Shown one piece after another: positions 13,788 to 24,958 of a stretch of DNA of 64,000 nucleotides. Source of the DNA: Balanoglossus misakiensis (Eukaryota > Animalia > Hemichordata); contig CM082581.2 in assembly GCA_040954595.2 (NCBI GenBank), positions 744,001 to 808,000 on the forward strand, written 5' to 3'. The position numbers and the translations under genes are program-made. The notes under the pieces were generated by a model. That model saw only the letters and a list, made by a program, of their open reading frames with translations. It was not told where the DNA came from and did not search any database. Every line of letters begins with the position of its first letter. Within the stretch, counting starts at the first letter, position 1.

Positions 13788-13861
13788 ATCCTCATGGTGT
13801 AATGGTTAACACACTTGTCACTTTGTGATAAGGGATCCTGGTTCGATTCCTGGTGAGGATG
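13788..13861 (+). tRNA. tRNA-Gln(TTG)-like sequence (pseudogene or SINE head), right-arm copy
   Basis: ATCCTCATGGTGTAATGGTTAACACACTTGTCACTTTGTGATAAGGGATCCTGGTTCGATTCCTGGTGAGGATG: perfect 7-bp acceptor stem, GTGT/ACAC D stem, A and B boxes. Confidence 0.6.
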
Positions 13862-13895
13862 ATAAAAAAAGGAGTCCATTTGCTGTGTGTTTTCC

Positions 13896-14316
13896 ATGTA
13901 TGTATGCATGTATGTATGCATGCATGTATGTATGCATGTATGTATGCATGCATGTATGCATGCATGTATGTATGTATGTATGTATGTATGTATGTATGTA
14001 TGTATGTATGTATGTATGTATGTATGTATGTATGTATGTATGTATGCATGCATGCATGTATGTATGCATGTATGTATGCATGTATGTATGCATGTATGTA
14101 TGCATGTATGTATGCATGTATGTATGCATGTATGTATGCATGTATGCATGCATGCATGTATGCATGTATGCATGCATGTATGCATGTATGCATGTATGTA
14201 TGTATGCATGTATGCATGCATGTATGCATGTATGTATGTATGTATGTATGCATGTATGTATGTATGTATGTATGTATGTATGTATGTATGTATGTATGTA
14301 TGTATGTATGTATGTA
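13896..14316 (+). repeat. (TATG)n/(CATG)n microsatellite
   Basis: Direct reading; source of several spurious ORFs. Confidence 0.97.
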
Positions 14317-15504
14317 CCTATCTAACACACAACACACACTGTGTATATTTAATTCCACAATGCTTGATACTAAAACTGTCCACAAAAAAACATTTGTTTA
14401 TAACCCCTAAGTGCTTGTCTTCCACACTTACCTTCTCTTGGCATTTTTTTCCACAGATGATGCAATACTGCTCGTCTCTTCATCCTGGTCTCTTGCGCTC
14501 CCCTTTTTACTCTCCCTGAATGCTGACAACACGTACCGTCTCATTGTTCAGTGGATATGCCTTGCTGTCATCTGCATCTGCTCCCTCAGTACCCCCTTCT
14601 CCCTGGCACAATCATCCAAATACTATCGCAGAGGGCGCTATACTATATGACGATCAACACAATATCATTCAGATAATCTTTGCACAGTGGGTAAATTAAG
14701 CATTTGGTTTTTCACGAGACTTTCATCAGTTGTACTAAAATGAAATGTGTCTACACTATACAAATGACAATGGCCTTCTAATTCAGAGACGTTGGGAAGG
14801 ACTAGTGAGCACATACAGCAAATCAGAAGGCCCAAAATGGCAAGGTTGCATGATTACTAATGGGAAACAAAGAATACCCAGGGTATATTTAATTCCACAG
14901 AGTGCTTGATACTAAAATTATTGCTGTTTTACAATTGTGGCATTTACTGCTGATAATAAGGTTACCATAGATACAATTGGAATGAAACCGGACAGGGATA
15001 AACATATAAAGGCTAGGTTAACCCCCCACCCCCTACCACAGAGGGCGCTATACCGATCATCAAGTCAGTACCATTGAAATAAATCTGTGCAGAGTGGGTA
15101 AATTAGGCATTTGGTTCTTCAGATTTTCATAAGTTGCACTAAAATGCTATGTGGCCCACTACAAGGATAAATAAGTCAAAAATGGCAAATTTGATATTTA
15201 CTTTGAGGTTGACATGGGGCAAAGGAGACAATACAAGAACACTGAAACTCAATTAGTGAAACACTAAAGTTGTACATGTACTTTATTTCTCTAACAAACT
15301 TAGAGAAAATTTACATGGCCATCTTTTTACTCAGAGAACTGATGTTGAAAAGAAAACAATGTTACATCATAAAATTGAAATCCTACATGTCACTAATTTC
15401 TGATTTTCACAAATGTTCATAAAAAAAACCTGTTCTCTGCAAACCTTACCCCCCCCCCCTCCTATTGTCGGTGCTTCTAATGTAACTCTCAATTTTTCCC
15501 TAAG

Positions 15505-15829
15505 GTGTTAAAAGAACCAAATGGTGATGATATGGTAGAAGGGATATTTGAGGGAATAGACATAGATGAGTAAATATTAACTGCAGTACTTGCTTCCACC
15601 AATTTCCAATCATTTTGTGTACATGTTCACGTCTCTGTGTCTTACCAATCACATTCTGTCCTTTTTATTTTTTTCTAGAAGTGGCATCTTCTGTGTCAGA
15701 CAGCAAATACTTACAGTGTCCCACCTTATGCCAGACCTTGGGTACAGAGGAGGCCATATTAGAAAACCTGCCAATGCATGTACACTACTCTATCAATCAA
15801 GAAATGCAACAGTCACAAAGATTGAGTAA
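15505..15829 (+). pseudogene. OB-fold gene 3' exons 5 (15505-15569) and 6 (15679-15829, frameshifted)
   Basis: taag|VLKEPNGDDMVEGIFEGIDIDE|gtaaat, then ttctag|SGIFCVRQQILTVS.. / LGTEEAILENLPMHVHYS / NATVTKIE* across frames; homologous to 4085-4285. Confidence 0.5.
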
Positions 15830-16113
15830 GTTAACTAAACCAAAGCAATCTCCACCCTGCAACTTCCCCAGCACTTACTATCTGCATGCAAGTTGTGAAC
15901 TTTTAATTTAGTATTCATTACAGAAACATTTCAGTCCTACAATTCACATGCATCTTATTTTCGTCAACACCAACTTATACAAAATATGATTTAACCATCT
16001 TGTTCTCATTTCTCTCCAATGTACAGAAAGCAGTAGCCTGGATGGATTTACAGAGAGAGAGGCTAGTACACGGCACTCATGTGGACATGCACTACCACAT
16101 ATCATATCTCAAG

Positions 16114-17375
16114 GGGACTTCAGTTGTAGCTGTAGTATTTAACCCAAGTTTAACTGTGACACCCACGTCCATACATGGCAAGGTTTTCTCTCCCAAAAGT
16201 TTCAGTTTGGCATCCCAGTTACCATCAGTTGCGCTTTCTCCATGCCTTCTAAGTTGAATGCGATTTACCATCACCGGATTCATACTGTGGTGCAAAGACA
16301 ATTAAAAACATCGATTGTAAGTCATTTAGTAGTGATACCATTGTTACCAAACCTCGTTTAAAAATACATGTAATCTGTACTCGAAACTATCATTTTTTCT
16401 TTCTTTCTAGAATATGACTTGTAAGCGAGTGCCGCGTTTAAATTGATACTGAGAATAAACACCGCTAATCGACGATAAAATCAACGTATTTTCAAATGCA
16501 AGTGAACGCATGGAGGCGGCCATATTGAATTTAGGTTACATCCCAAGACATTCCGACTGGGCTTCAGGTGGATTCGGGAAAGGTCTCTAAAACATAATCG
16601 GTCATCCAGTTTTGTATACTAAATTTCTAAAAATGTAGGACATGGGAGGTTAACATACCCACAATGACTACACACAAAAAAGGGCCCAGGCGTTTCGGGG
16701 TGCGATTGTTACGTACCTTAGCTCCATCATCTGCAACCAGCCAAGGCCTGGCTGTGAAATTGCGCGTCATGGAGGATGTCGAGATCCGGAATTCCGCCAA
16801 CGGGAAACTGTTTAGCGTGCCTTGTATGCAGCACGATGGCAACGTTCTGGAACTTAAATTCTGGAAAGAAAATCCGAAGTGGCTGAACAGATTACAGAAG
16901 GGAGAATACGTACAGCTCCGCAACTTTTCCACTGGAAGAGATAATACCATTTGCCTCTATGATAGAGCAAAGGCCGGGGATGCCATTACGCCGTTAAACC
17001 TGAAATATAGATTGAGAGTGGATATTGTTTTACACAATTTTTGAACATTGAAGTAAAGTATTAGAATGATGGAGTCCGATAGAAAAAGTGAGTTGGTAAT
17101 TTCGGCATCCGACTTCGTTATTAAAATGGAAAGATTTGCGATTTGAGATTCGGTTACCATTTGGAAGTTTGAAAGGAAATATTTCATTCAAGTACAGTGG
17201 CAACTACTGGATTATGGAGAATATTTGAAATGTTGATGAACGGAGACCTATTAGAATCAATGAAAACCTAACTTTATTGGTGTTACGGTTACTACACCTG
17301 ACAGACCGCTGGTCTGCGTCCGACCGATTTTGAGCGCCTAGCTCTTGTGGAGACATGCGGAGGTACAGCGGGTTT
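16114..17375 (-). pseudogene. Rearranged OB-fold gene copy (5' module, MASPA start, inverted exon-2 body at 16733-16972, intron, exon 4)
   Basis: The minus strand reads ..FNGVMASPA and then breaks. The exon-2 body SQGLAVKLRVMEDVEIR...LYDRAK lies on the plus strand; exon 4 is at ~16114-16284 on the minus strand. Confidence 0.65.
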
Positions 17376-17599
17376 ATTGGTTTTTCGTAAAACCATAGTT
17401 AAACTCCAAAAATCTTCTTCTCCAGAACGAGCGATGACTGAGTCGCAAGATTCGGGGAGTATGGTCACTACACTGATGTCTATCAAGTTTGCAAAGAGCA
17501 TTGTGATTGGTCGAAGATTATGGTGGCCATATTGGATTTTGTAAAAAACAGAGAAAAATTGAAATTCCTTTTTCTAGTCCAAAAATTGATAGCATACAA

Positions 17600-18230
17600 A
17601 TTAATTTTATGGATATCAATCGTCATGTGACTAAAATATATAACAATTTTTTGGCGATTTTTCACATGACCTTTGACCTAATTATCATGCGTTATTATTT
17701 CTGCATATCTAATTCCAGGCTAACCTATAGGGCTAGAGGTTTGGTTTTTGATGAATGTGGATTAGTGTGTGATCAAAATATTTTGCTACTTTTCATGACC
17801 CCTTTGACCTCTGCTGACCTCATTAATTATGCACATACCTAATTACAGGCGAACCAATAGAGCTAGAGTTTTGGTTTTTGTTGGACATGGACCAGTATGG
17901 GTAAAAAAAAATGCCCAAATGTTGGGTGACCTCAGGTGACCTTTGACCTACTTCACCCTATTTCAGCAGCAAAAATACACACATCCTTGTTATGTCATGA
18001 GATAATACATCCGATAGAAAATTCTGTTTCTTCTCATTCATACTGTGCATATATAATTCAAGATCAGCGCTTGGGCCCGACAATGCTGCTCGCAGCTTTA
18101 ATTCTTCTTCTTCTTCCGAGAAATTCGGCCAGTTAGATCTGGAAAACCGCTGCACCTAGGGGGCTGAAACTTGGTAGGGTGATAGGGGCCAATGAGTAGA
18201 CGTGCAGTGGCTCGTGAATATTTAATTAGT
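17600..18230 (-). mobile_element. Degenerate HINE-like repeat fragments related to the 240-bp repeat family at 41.5 kb and 63 kb
   Basis: gcacatacctaatt..aggc.aaccaatag and ggtgacctcaggtgacctttgacctac (17925-17951) match the 62880-63640 units. Confidence 0.6.
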
Positions 18231-18237
18231 ATTTCAG

Positions 18238-18524
18238 CAGCTGTATGGTAATTCTTGGTGAAAGCTATGACGAAAATGGACTCCTTGACAACTATTTTAG
18301 CTTCCATGGTGATGTTACACAGATGAATGTATACGATTATGTATTGACTCCTGTTGAAATCCAGAGTCTGGCTTTGAACTGTTCACAAAGTCCACTTGGC
18401 AATCATGTCATGTGGGTTGAAATGGATCAAGAGTTATTGGGTAGTGTGGTCAAAATCCAGCCATCAGCTTGTGGAAGTACCAGGTGCCCAATTGGTTACT
18501 CTGGTTCACCATGCACACCTGTTG
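18238..18524 (+). CDS. Exon: pentraxin/LamG C-terminal half plus short Cys segment
   Basis: VILGESYDENG..FSFHGDVTQMNVYDYVLTPVEIQSLALNC..GNHVMW..CPIGYSGSPC; donor G|gtaaat. Confidence 0.85.
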
Positions 18525-18867
18525 GTAAATAGCCTTATTCATTACTATCAAACAATTTTATGCATAATCTGACGAGGAGAAATTGGGTCATATTCACAGA
18601 GTTGATTAATCCTAAATCCTTACTTTAACACAGCTCTCCTTGTAATGTTGTGTCTGTCCAGGGAAAACTGTGTGAAATTTTGAGTAGTTTTTCCTGTGTA
18701 CATTCACCAGCCCCTAGCTGCTGTGTGTTGTACTCCAATCACACAGCCTGCAATCTCCCTACTTTAGGAAGTATAGGGAATCATCATCTGCCCATGCCTG
18801 TATCGCTCACTCTTTTTGTTTCTACCGTACATGTATTTAACACTGAATGTAATGATACTATTCACAA

Positions 18868-18962
18868 CCACTATCACCATCATCATCATCATAATCATCA
18901 TCACCACCACCACCACCACCATCATCATCATCATCGTCATCATCATCACCATCATCATCATC
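18868..18962 (+). repeat. (CAT/CAC)n intronic microsatellite
   Basis: Direct reading. Confidence 0.95.
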
Positions 18963-19261
18963 AGTTTCTGCTGTTCCAAGAACTAGGCTTATCATGAGTG
19001 TAATTGATCATATCAGTTATTATGCCTATGGATACCATCTCATGACTCCTGTCCTATCTTGTAGTGTTTCTTGACAGTGATCTAGTCTATTCACATGTAT
19101 CAGAAAACAAGCACTTAACAATATCTGGATTTCTCATGAATATGTGACAGATATTAACATCTAGTAGTGCATTTACCTAAATGTACCAGTGTATGCATAT
19201 GGGGTGTGGACCAGTTGTTTAATTTACAAACATTTGTTATTCTTTCATTTTTTTTCTTCAG

Positions 19262-19402
19262 ATAAACACGCTCCTGAAGTCATTTACTGTCCCAATACGA
19301 CCCGTATAATTAGTCCTAATAGCTTGACAACAGGAGTATGGCAGGAGCCTATATTTACAGATGATGTCGCCATTGCCAATGTGACACAAACCTACACAAT
19401 GG
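19262..19402 (+). CDS. Exon: HYR domain, first half
   Basis: ttcag|DKHAPEVIYCPNTTRIISPNSLTTGVWQEPIFTDDVAIANVTQTYTM|gtaagt. Confidence 0.88.
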
Positions 19403-20106
19403 GTAAGTTTCCTATAAAATATCATTTCTGATTATAGATAATATATAACATTCACACTAACTAAGTTTTTTTTATCGGGGTGGGGTGGGGAGTTGATCTA
19501 AACAGAAACCAACAAGCTGAGACAACTTTCCTAAGATTATTGTCAGTATGAAGCATACTGGTACAGTTTATTCTTGTGGCCGTTACTCATATATGGCTAG
19601 CACATCCTATGTGCGACAGATGATCTTGCTTCCAAGTATTAAAGCCTCAATTGCTGATACTATTACCATATGTTTATAGGCCCTTTCCTCGATCCCAGGG
19701 CAGTACAATGAAGTTAAAACTCGAAAGCATTTGTGTTTGCACGTAATTGTTTATTGGAAACAAAAGATTTGACCAACTGTTGAGCAAGGCCTTTAATCAG
19801 TAAAGTACTTAATATTCTCCACTACTACTGGGGATACCCATACCACAAATGTTGTGTTCTCTTACAATGGGCAGTTGAATAAACGTGTGCGGCACCATAT
19901 CTGTTTAGTATACATATCTTGTTCATGTTTATATGTACAGTCACAATCAGGAGTTGATAATATGCCTGTGTATACCCACCAGATAGCTCACTTAAATGGA
20001 CCATTCTAAGTTTGAATAGAAAATCATGACAAACATTCAAGAAACGGAAGCTATTTTGGCTTTAGCACCCATGCCTGTAATGATGTGCATAATTTTGTTC
20101 TTACAG

Positions 20107-20202
20107 GTGACACCTTTTCCTGGGGAACCTACCAGATCAGCTATGTTGCTTCAGATACAGCTGGCAACAATGCACAGTGCAACTTTTTACTCTATGTACT
20201 GC
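20107..20202 (+). CDS. Exon: HYR domain, second half
   Basis: ttacag|GDTFSWGTYQISYVASDTAGNNAQCNFLLYVL|gtgaat. Confidence 0.88.
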
Positions 20203-20293
20203 GTGAATTTTTTTATCATTCCTACATAAACTTTACAAATTAATTAATATCTTGACAAATTGTCATCTCTACCCCTTGTTATGTCTTGTCACA

Positions 20294-20486
20294 TACTGTA
20301 AAACGGGACATTTTCGTGACAGAAAATATTTTGCAATATATCAAAAGAGGCAACTGTGACACGAGAATTAAATTTCCGCATTCTAGTATTTTACTAACTA
20401 CTCTGTTATCTCTGAAAAACATTTATGCGACTTTATCTTCTTCTTCTTTTTTGCCGAAGTTTGGGAAAATTTGCCGTTTTACAGTA
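20294..20486. mobile_element. Small TIR element (TACTGTAAAACGG...CCGTTTTACAGTA); related copy at 22343-22554
   Basis: Terminal inverted repeats beginning with TA; no coding capacity. Confidence 0.6.
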
Positions 20487-21196
20487 ATATGATTGCATCA
20501 TTATCACTTTTGTCCCTATGTAACTATCAAAAATTATAACAACATCATTCAGAACATACAAGGACACTCAAACCCGTCTAAAACAAACCCTGTCTAATCG
20601 GGAAACCTCTCTTCAACCAACAGCTTTTCCTAGTCCCTTTTACATAGAAACATGTTAATGTGTTGGTGTTCTGTTTAAAAGATTTGACTGTGTAATAAAT
20701 ATGGGTGTCACACATACACCATTAAGACAGTTCTGAAGCATCTCAGAATTGATACTGTCTTAAAAAAACATGTGTGGACGGTGTAAGTGGTCCTGAAACG
20801 TCTCAGATTTTAGACGGCTCTGCCAGCCAGACCTGAGCCGGTGTAAGGATTAACACCTCTCCGCAACCCATTGTCTATGGGGCCGAGCCTCAGCGCCCAT
20901 ACATAAACTTTGTGTGTGTGGACACAACATGACTCAAAGGATTAATGCTCTGTGGTTAGCACTGGCAAATAGTGTCTCAAATTTTACCCTGTGTGAACCT
21001 GGTAAAAGAGGCATTGTGCCCTAGTGGCTAGGGTTGTGGGTTCGTTACCTAGACCTGGACATTTGGGTAGTATTTGCCTGTTGGATGATATATGAGACAC
21101 AGACATTTGGGTAGTATTTGCCTGTTGGATGATAGATGAAATAAAATTAAAAATATATATATAGACAAATAAACTGTGTTCTCCTTTCTTTTACAT

Positions 21197-21397
21197 CATT
21201 TGATTGTGAAAAGCCAGCACCACCAGTTAAAGGTATTTCCATCTGTAATGAGTTTGAGTCGGGTGTGTTCTGTCAGGTGGATTGTTTACCAGGGTACAAG
21301 TTTGCAAGCCTGCCAGCACCTTACTATCTCTGCCATAGTGAAGGATCTTTTAATCCTGAGAATCCAGACGAGGAATTCACCTTCCCTGGATGTTCAG
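21197..21397 (+). CDS. Exon: sushi/CCP-like domain (acceptor reads AT)
   Basis: PFDCEKPAPPVKGISICNEFESGVFCQVDCLPGYKFASLPAPYYLCHSEGSF...FPGCS|gtgaga. Confidence 0.82.
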
Positions 21398-21800
21398 GTG
21401 AGAAAAAAATGATTTGGTATCAGTAAAGAAATATAATCAGGTTGCACATGCACATTCAGAAAATTCTCCAAAGAGAGAGAGTTGTGAGAGGGGGTATTCC
21501 AGCATTGAGACAATTTTCTTTTAGTTATAAATGAAAACAGAAATATGAGTAATGCAAATTCTTGCTTTACAGTATGTCAAGGTTGTGATTACAGGCAGAT
21601 AATCTGTTAACATCATATCTGCTTACCCCAATATAAAGCTCCAGTACATTTGAGCTATTTTCTTAATATTTTGTTCTGGGTAAGCAGCTGTAACTTTCCT
21701 GATTGGCTAAGCGGTTTAGCAGTCTAAGTCAATACATCGTTCGCTAGATTGAAAATTGCATCTTTAACAAAATTTGTTTGTTTGTATTGTTCTACTGCAG

Positions 21801-22053
21801 CTCCTGGGAAGACTCAACGTGGAGTGAATTGTGGCGTGTCATACAATTCACAGGCTGGTACATGTAACAATGGTGTCATCCAGCAATTGAGGATCAGTTT
21901 TATGAACACTATCAACTATCTGAATGATTTGTTTGGTATTTGTGGCGGTGAATGCAACTTTGATGACCTTGAAATAACCTGCGGCGCCTCAAACCGAAGA
22001 AAGAGACAGGCTGATACTCAGCTTGTGGTTCAGTTCAGTTTCACAACCAATGC
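21801..22053 (+). CDS. Exon: Cys-containing linker with furin-type RRKR site
   Basis: ctgcag|APGKTQRGV...ICGGECNFDDLEITCGASNRRKRQADTQLVVQFSFTTNA|gtgagt. Confidence 0.82.
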
Positions 22054-22621
22054 GTGAGTAGTAATTGTTATTTTTCGAGTATTTTATTCCCCTTCTGTTC
22101 TATTGAAATGACTTTGGTGACATGTCTAGGGTACTGATCCCAGGCTGTGTGAGGACCAGCTCTGTATTCCCTATACAGCTGGTGTTTGCATTATTGCAAA
22201 ATATTCCATTCATGCAAGTGAAAACAAATTATTTTGTGTCTTAACACTCAAACATTTTCAGTTTTTGGCAACCCCATCAGTTCTGCCCACCTTCCTTCAT
22301 GTTGCGGCATCCTGTATTCTAAAGATTCATGCATTCGAAATATACTGCAAAACGTGTTATTTTCGCGAGCAGTAAATTTCTGCAAAACATGCGCTGGTCA
22401 AAAAAACGTTAAAATAAAAAGTTGTGTAAAATGTTTTTGGAGATAATGATGCAGTTAGTGAAATACGAGAACTCGAAAATTCGTCCTCACGTAACAGTCG
22501 CCTCTTTTAATATTGCGAAAATTTCCTGTCGTGAAAACAACCCAGTTTACAGTACACACTTCCGGTTGGTATTGTAATGTGGCATATGTAAGAATTTTTT
22601 GCATGTTGTTTTATCCATTAG

Positions 22622-22770
22622 CTCTGCTGATGCTGCAGCTGTAGTTATTGAAGATGCAGTCAACAATGGTCCTTTTGATACAGCTGAATATTCGGTCGAC
22701 GCTGAGACATTACAAGTTGAAAGTACAATATTCTGTTCCAATGGTAGTGTTCTTGTTGGAGAAGAATGTG
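22622..22770 (+). CDS. Exon: linker into the Cys-rich repeats
   Basis: cattag|SADAAAVVIEDAVNNGPF...FCSNGSVLVGEEC|gtgagt, phase 2/1. Confidence 0.8.
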
Positions 22771-22807
22771 GTGAGTGCCTATACTCCTCAGTTGTTATGT
22801 ACTTTAA

Positions 22808-22892
22808 CCCTTTCACTCCCAGTTTCCTCTATAGAGGTCAAACCTTACCATAGAAAACAATTGGTTTGGACTGAACCATGGTGGTGAAAGGA
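22808..22892. mobile_element. Tiny piggyBac-like MITE remnant
   Basis: TTAA|ccctttcac ... gtgaaagga|TTAA. Confidence 0.5.
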
Positions 22893-23358
22893 TTAAAACT
22901 GTGTCCAAAATTAATATTATAAAAAGGTGTAGATGTTAATATGTTTATATCGCCTGATATGACCTGTTAGGTGGGCCGTATTGCTGCGAGTGTGGTTGTG
23001 AGTCGCAGTGTACAAATTAAAGACAAGTGTGAGTGGTAAATACAACCCAACCAAGAGGAAGGAAATAATTGATTTGATATGCTCATACCAAGGAGGGACA
23101 AAGTCTCTTTCTCGCTGCCCTTTTTCCATTAATTATGTTTGATAGAAGACACAGTTAATGTTATTCTACATGTGGATATATAGTGAATCAACATTCAACC
23201 ACACACAACTGCAATCCCACTTGTAGACACAAGAGTGAAAAACTGGCCAAAATGAATGCTGTGTGTTACAATTGTAGTTGTGTTTTAAACCATTAATGCA
23301 TAATGATCAGTACATGAACAATGTATACATCTGCCTTCAACATTTTGTATTTCCACAG

Positions 23359-23520
23359 TATTGTGTCCTGAAGGGTCGTACCATGACACTGAGCTGAGTC
23401 AGTGCCATCCTTGTGCAATTGGATATTATCAACCCCTTGAAGGACAAACAGCATGCAATGCCTGTCCAAATAATGGAGTCACCAGGGGAAAGAGATCATT
23501 ATCCATCTTGCAGTGTTTTG
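23359..23520 (+). CDS. Exon: ephrin-receptor-like (GCC2/GCC3) repeat 1
   Basis: LCPEGSYHDTELSQCHPCAIGYYQPLEGQTACNACPNNGVTRGKRSLSILQCF; the donor reads ttatgt. Confidence 0.85.
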
Positions 23521-23780
23521 TTATGTATAACAGAAGGCAATATCTCCTCCTCGTCCACAGCCATAGCCTAGTATCTAGCCGTATTTTGTCCGCTTTGCTT
23601 CCAAAACTAGCGTCTAGCCTCACTCATGCCACTGGCCCGATAAAACCCCATACCCCTTGACGGGAATTGTGACGTATATATCAAATTATTGTGGTGTGAT
23701 CCAATATGGAAAGAATGACAATTGGAATGTTCATCTCTTTGGTTGAAAAAATAATTTTTCAACAATGATGTCTATTGCAG

Positions 23781-23942
23781 AGAGGTGCGATGTTGGTCAC
23801 TACTTTGACAACGGGACTTCTTAGTGCCAAAGCTGCCCCATTGGATTCTGGCAATCAGAAGAAGGAAAGTTTGTGTGTAATACTTGCCCAAAGGAAATGC
23901 TTACATTAGTTGAAGGAGCTACTGATGAGTCACAATGTCAGG
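23781..23942 (+). CDS. Exon: ephrin-receptor-like repeat 2, with in-frame stop
   Basis: ERCDVGHYFDNGTS*CQSCPIGFWQSEEGKFVCNTCPKEMLTLVEGATDESQCQ; TAG at 23822. Confidence 0.82.
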
Positions 23943-24186
23943 TTAGGTACTTGTGTTATTTGCTATTCTTGACTATCAATCACATGATCTGGCCATGTGA
24001 CGTACCCATGGCGTTATCATTTGTAAGTGACAGGCAAGCAATATTTCGGCATCCAGTAAACTTTTTTCCGAGTAGGTTTTTACTTTAGAACCGCCAGATA
24101 TGTAACATATTCAACAGTTTAACAAATTCACGTGAGTGAAAAGCAGATAATCGTGAATATCAAAAAATTAATCTTCTCAATTACAG

Positions 24187-24354
24187 AGGTATGTAAATCA
24201 GTGGGAGTCCAACTTAGTGTCAATGGGTCTTGTGAGTCGTGTCCCATGGGAACCTATCGATCAAATGCTGAACTTCAGCCATCTTGTATGCCGTGCCCAT
24301 TTGGCTTCACCACAAGAGCAGTCGGTTCAACCTTAAGTGAAGATTGTAATGTTT
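24187..24354 (+). CDS. Exon: ephrin-receptor-like repeat 3
   Basis: EVCKSVGVQLSVNGSCESCPMGTYRSNAELQPSCMPCPFGFTTRAVGSTLSEDCNV|gtaagt. Confidence 0.87.
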
Positions 24355-24491
24355 GTAAGTATTATGTATACAACTTTTCATGTTGTATCTCAACTGTACT
24401 GAACTGAAGGTTGTATTATTGTGCCTCAGTTGTTCAGAATAATGATAGTCCTCCAATTTTATTCTATGCTCTTTTTCCATTCCATCAACAG

Positions 24492-24653
24492 CTTACTGCA
24501 ATGTTGGTTGGTACTTGAATCAGGAGTCCTATAGATGTGAGAAATGCCCTGTTGGAACATATAACTTTGAATTCAACCAGGATGCTTGTCAACCATGCCC
24601 AACTGGCTACACTACAGGCAGAGAGGGTGCCCTATATGAAACAGAATGTGATG
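24492..24653 (+). CDS. Exon: ephrin-receptor-like repeat 4
   Basis: YCNVGWYLNQESYRCEKCPVGTYNFEFNQDACQPCPTGYTTGREGALYETECD|gtagga. Confidence 0.87.
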
Positions 24654-24958
24654 GTAGGAATAATTTTTCATAATCATAGAACTGATAACATGCATGAAGT
24701 GCTTGTGGTGATCAACCTTAACTGTTCAATCTGACACAAACACTTCATTATAAGAAATTTTCTTCTTTATTTAGAGTATCATTTGATATGTTGTGTGATC
24801 CAACATTTTTATATAATTTAATAATGCTCCTCTTTTAACACCTTTTCTGAAAATTTCACGGAAATAACAATATTGTAATACTGTTTTCTCAGAATTCTAC
24901 ATGTTAGGCTATGGAATGTGATAACCATGCACTGCATCTGGGTAGTCATCTAACTTAA

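Larger units (their letters stand above)
3183..16972. repeat. Large imperfect inverted repeat: left arm ~3183-9472, right arm ~13701-16972, spacer ~4.2 kb
   Basis: Reverse-complement matches 3183-4065/16114-16972, 5420-5870/14900-15355 and 9280-9472/13701-13890. The internal block 4085-5420 vs 15360-16105 is in direct orientation (secondary inversion). Confidence 0.88.

Noticed and set aside
11706-14519. Long ORFs of MYVC/HTYI repeats
   Set aside because: They are translations of TACA/TATG/CA microsatellites.
16664-17044. 126-aa ORF as a complete gene, or as one of a divergent gene pair
   Set aside because: Its N-terminus is antisense intron 2 and its C-terminus is antisense intron 1 of the OB-fold gene; only the middle (16733-16972) is real coding sequence.
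18650-18997. Poly-histidine protein ORF
   Set aside because: It is an intronic CAT/CAC microsatellite between two phase-compatible exons.
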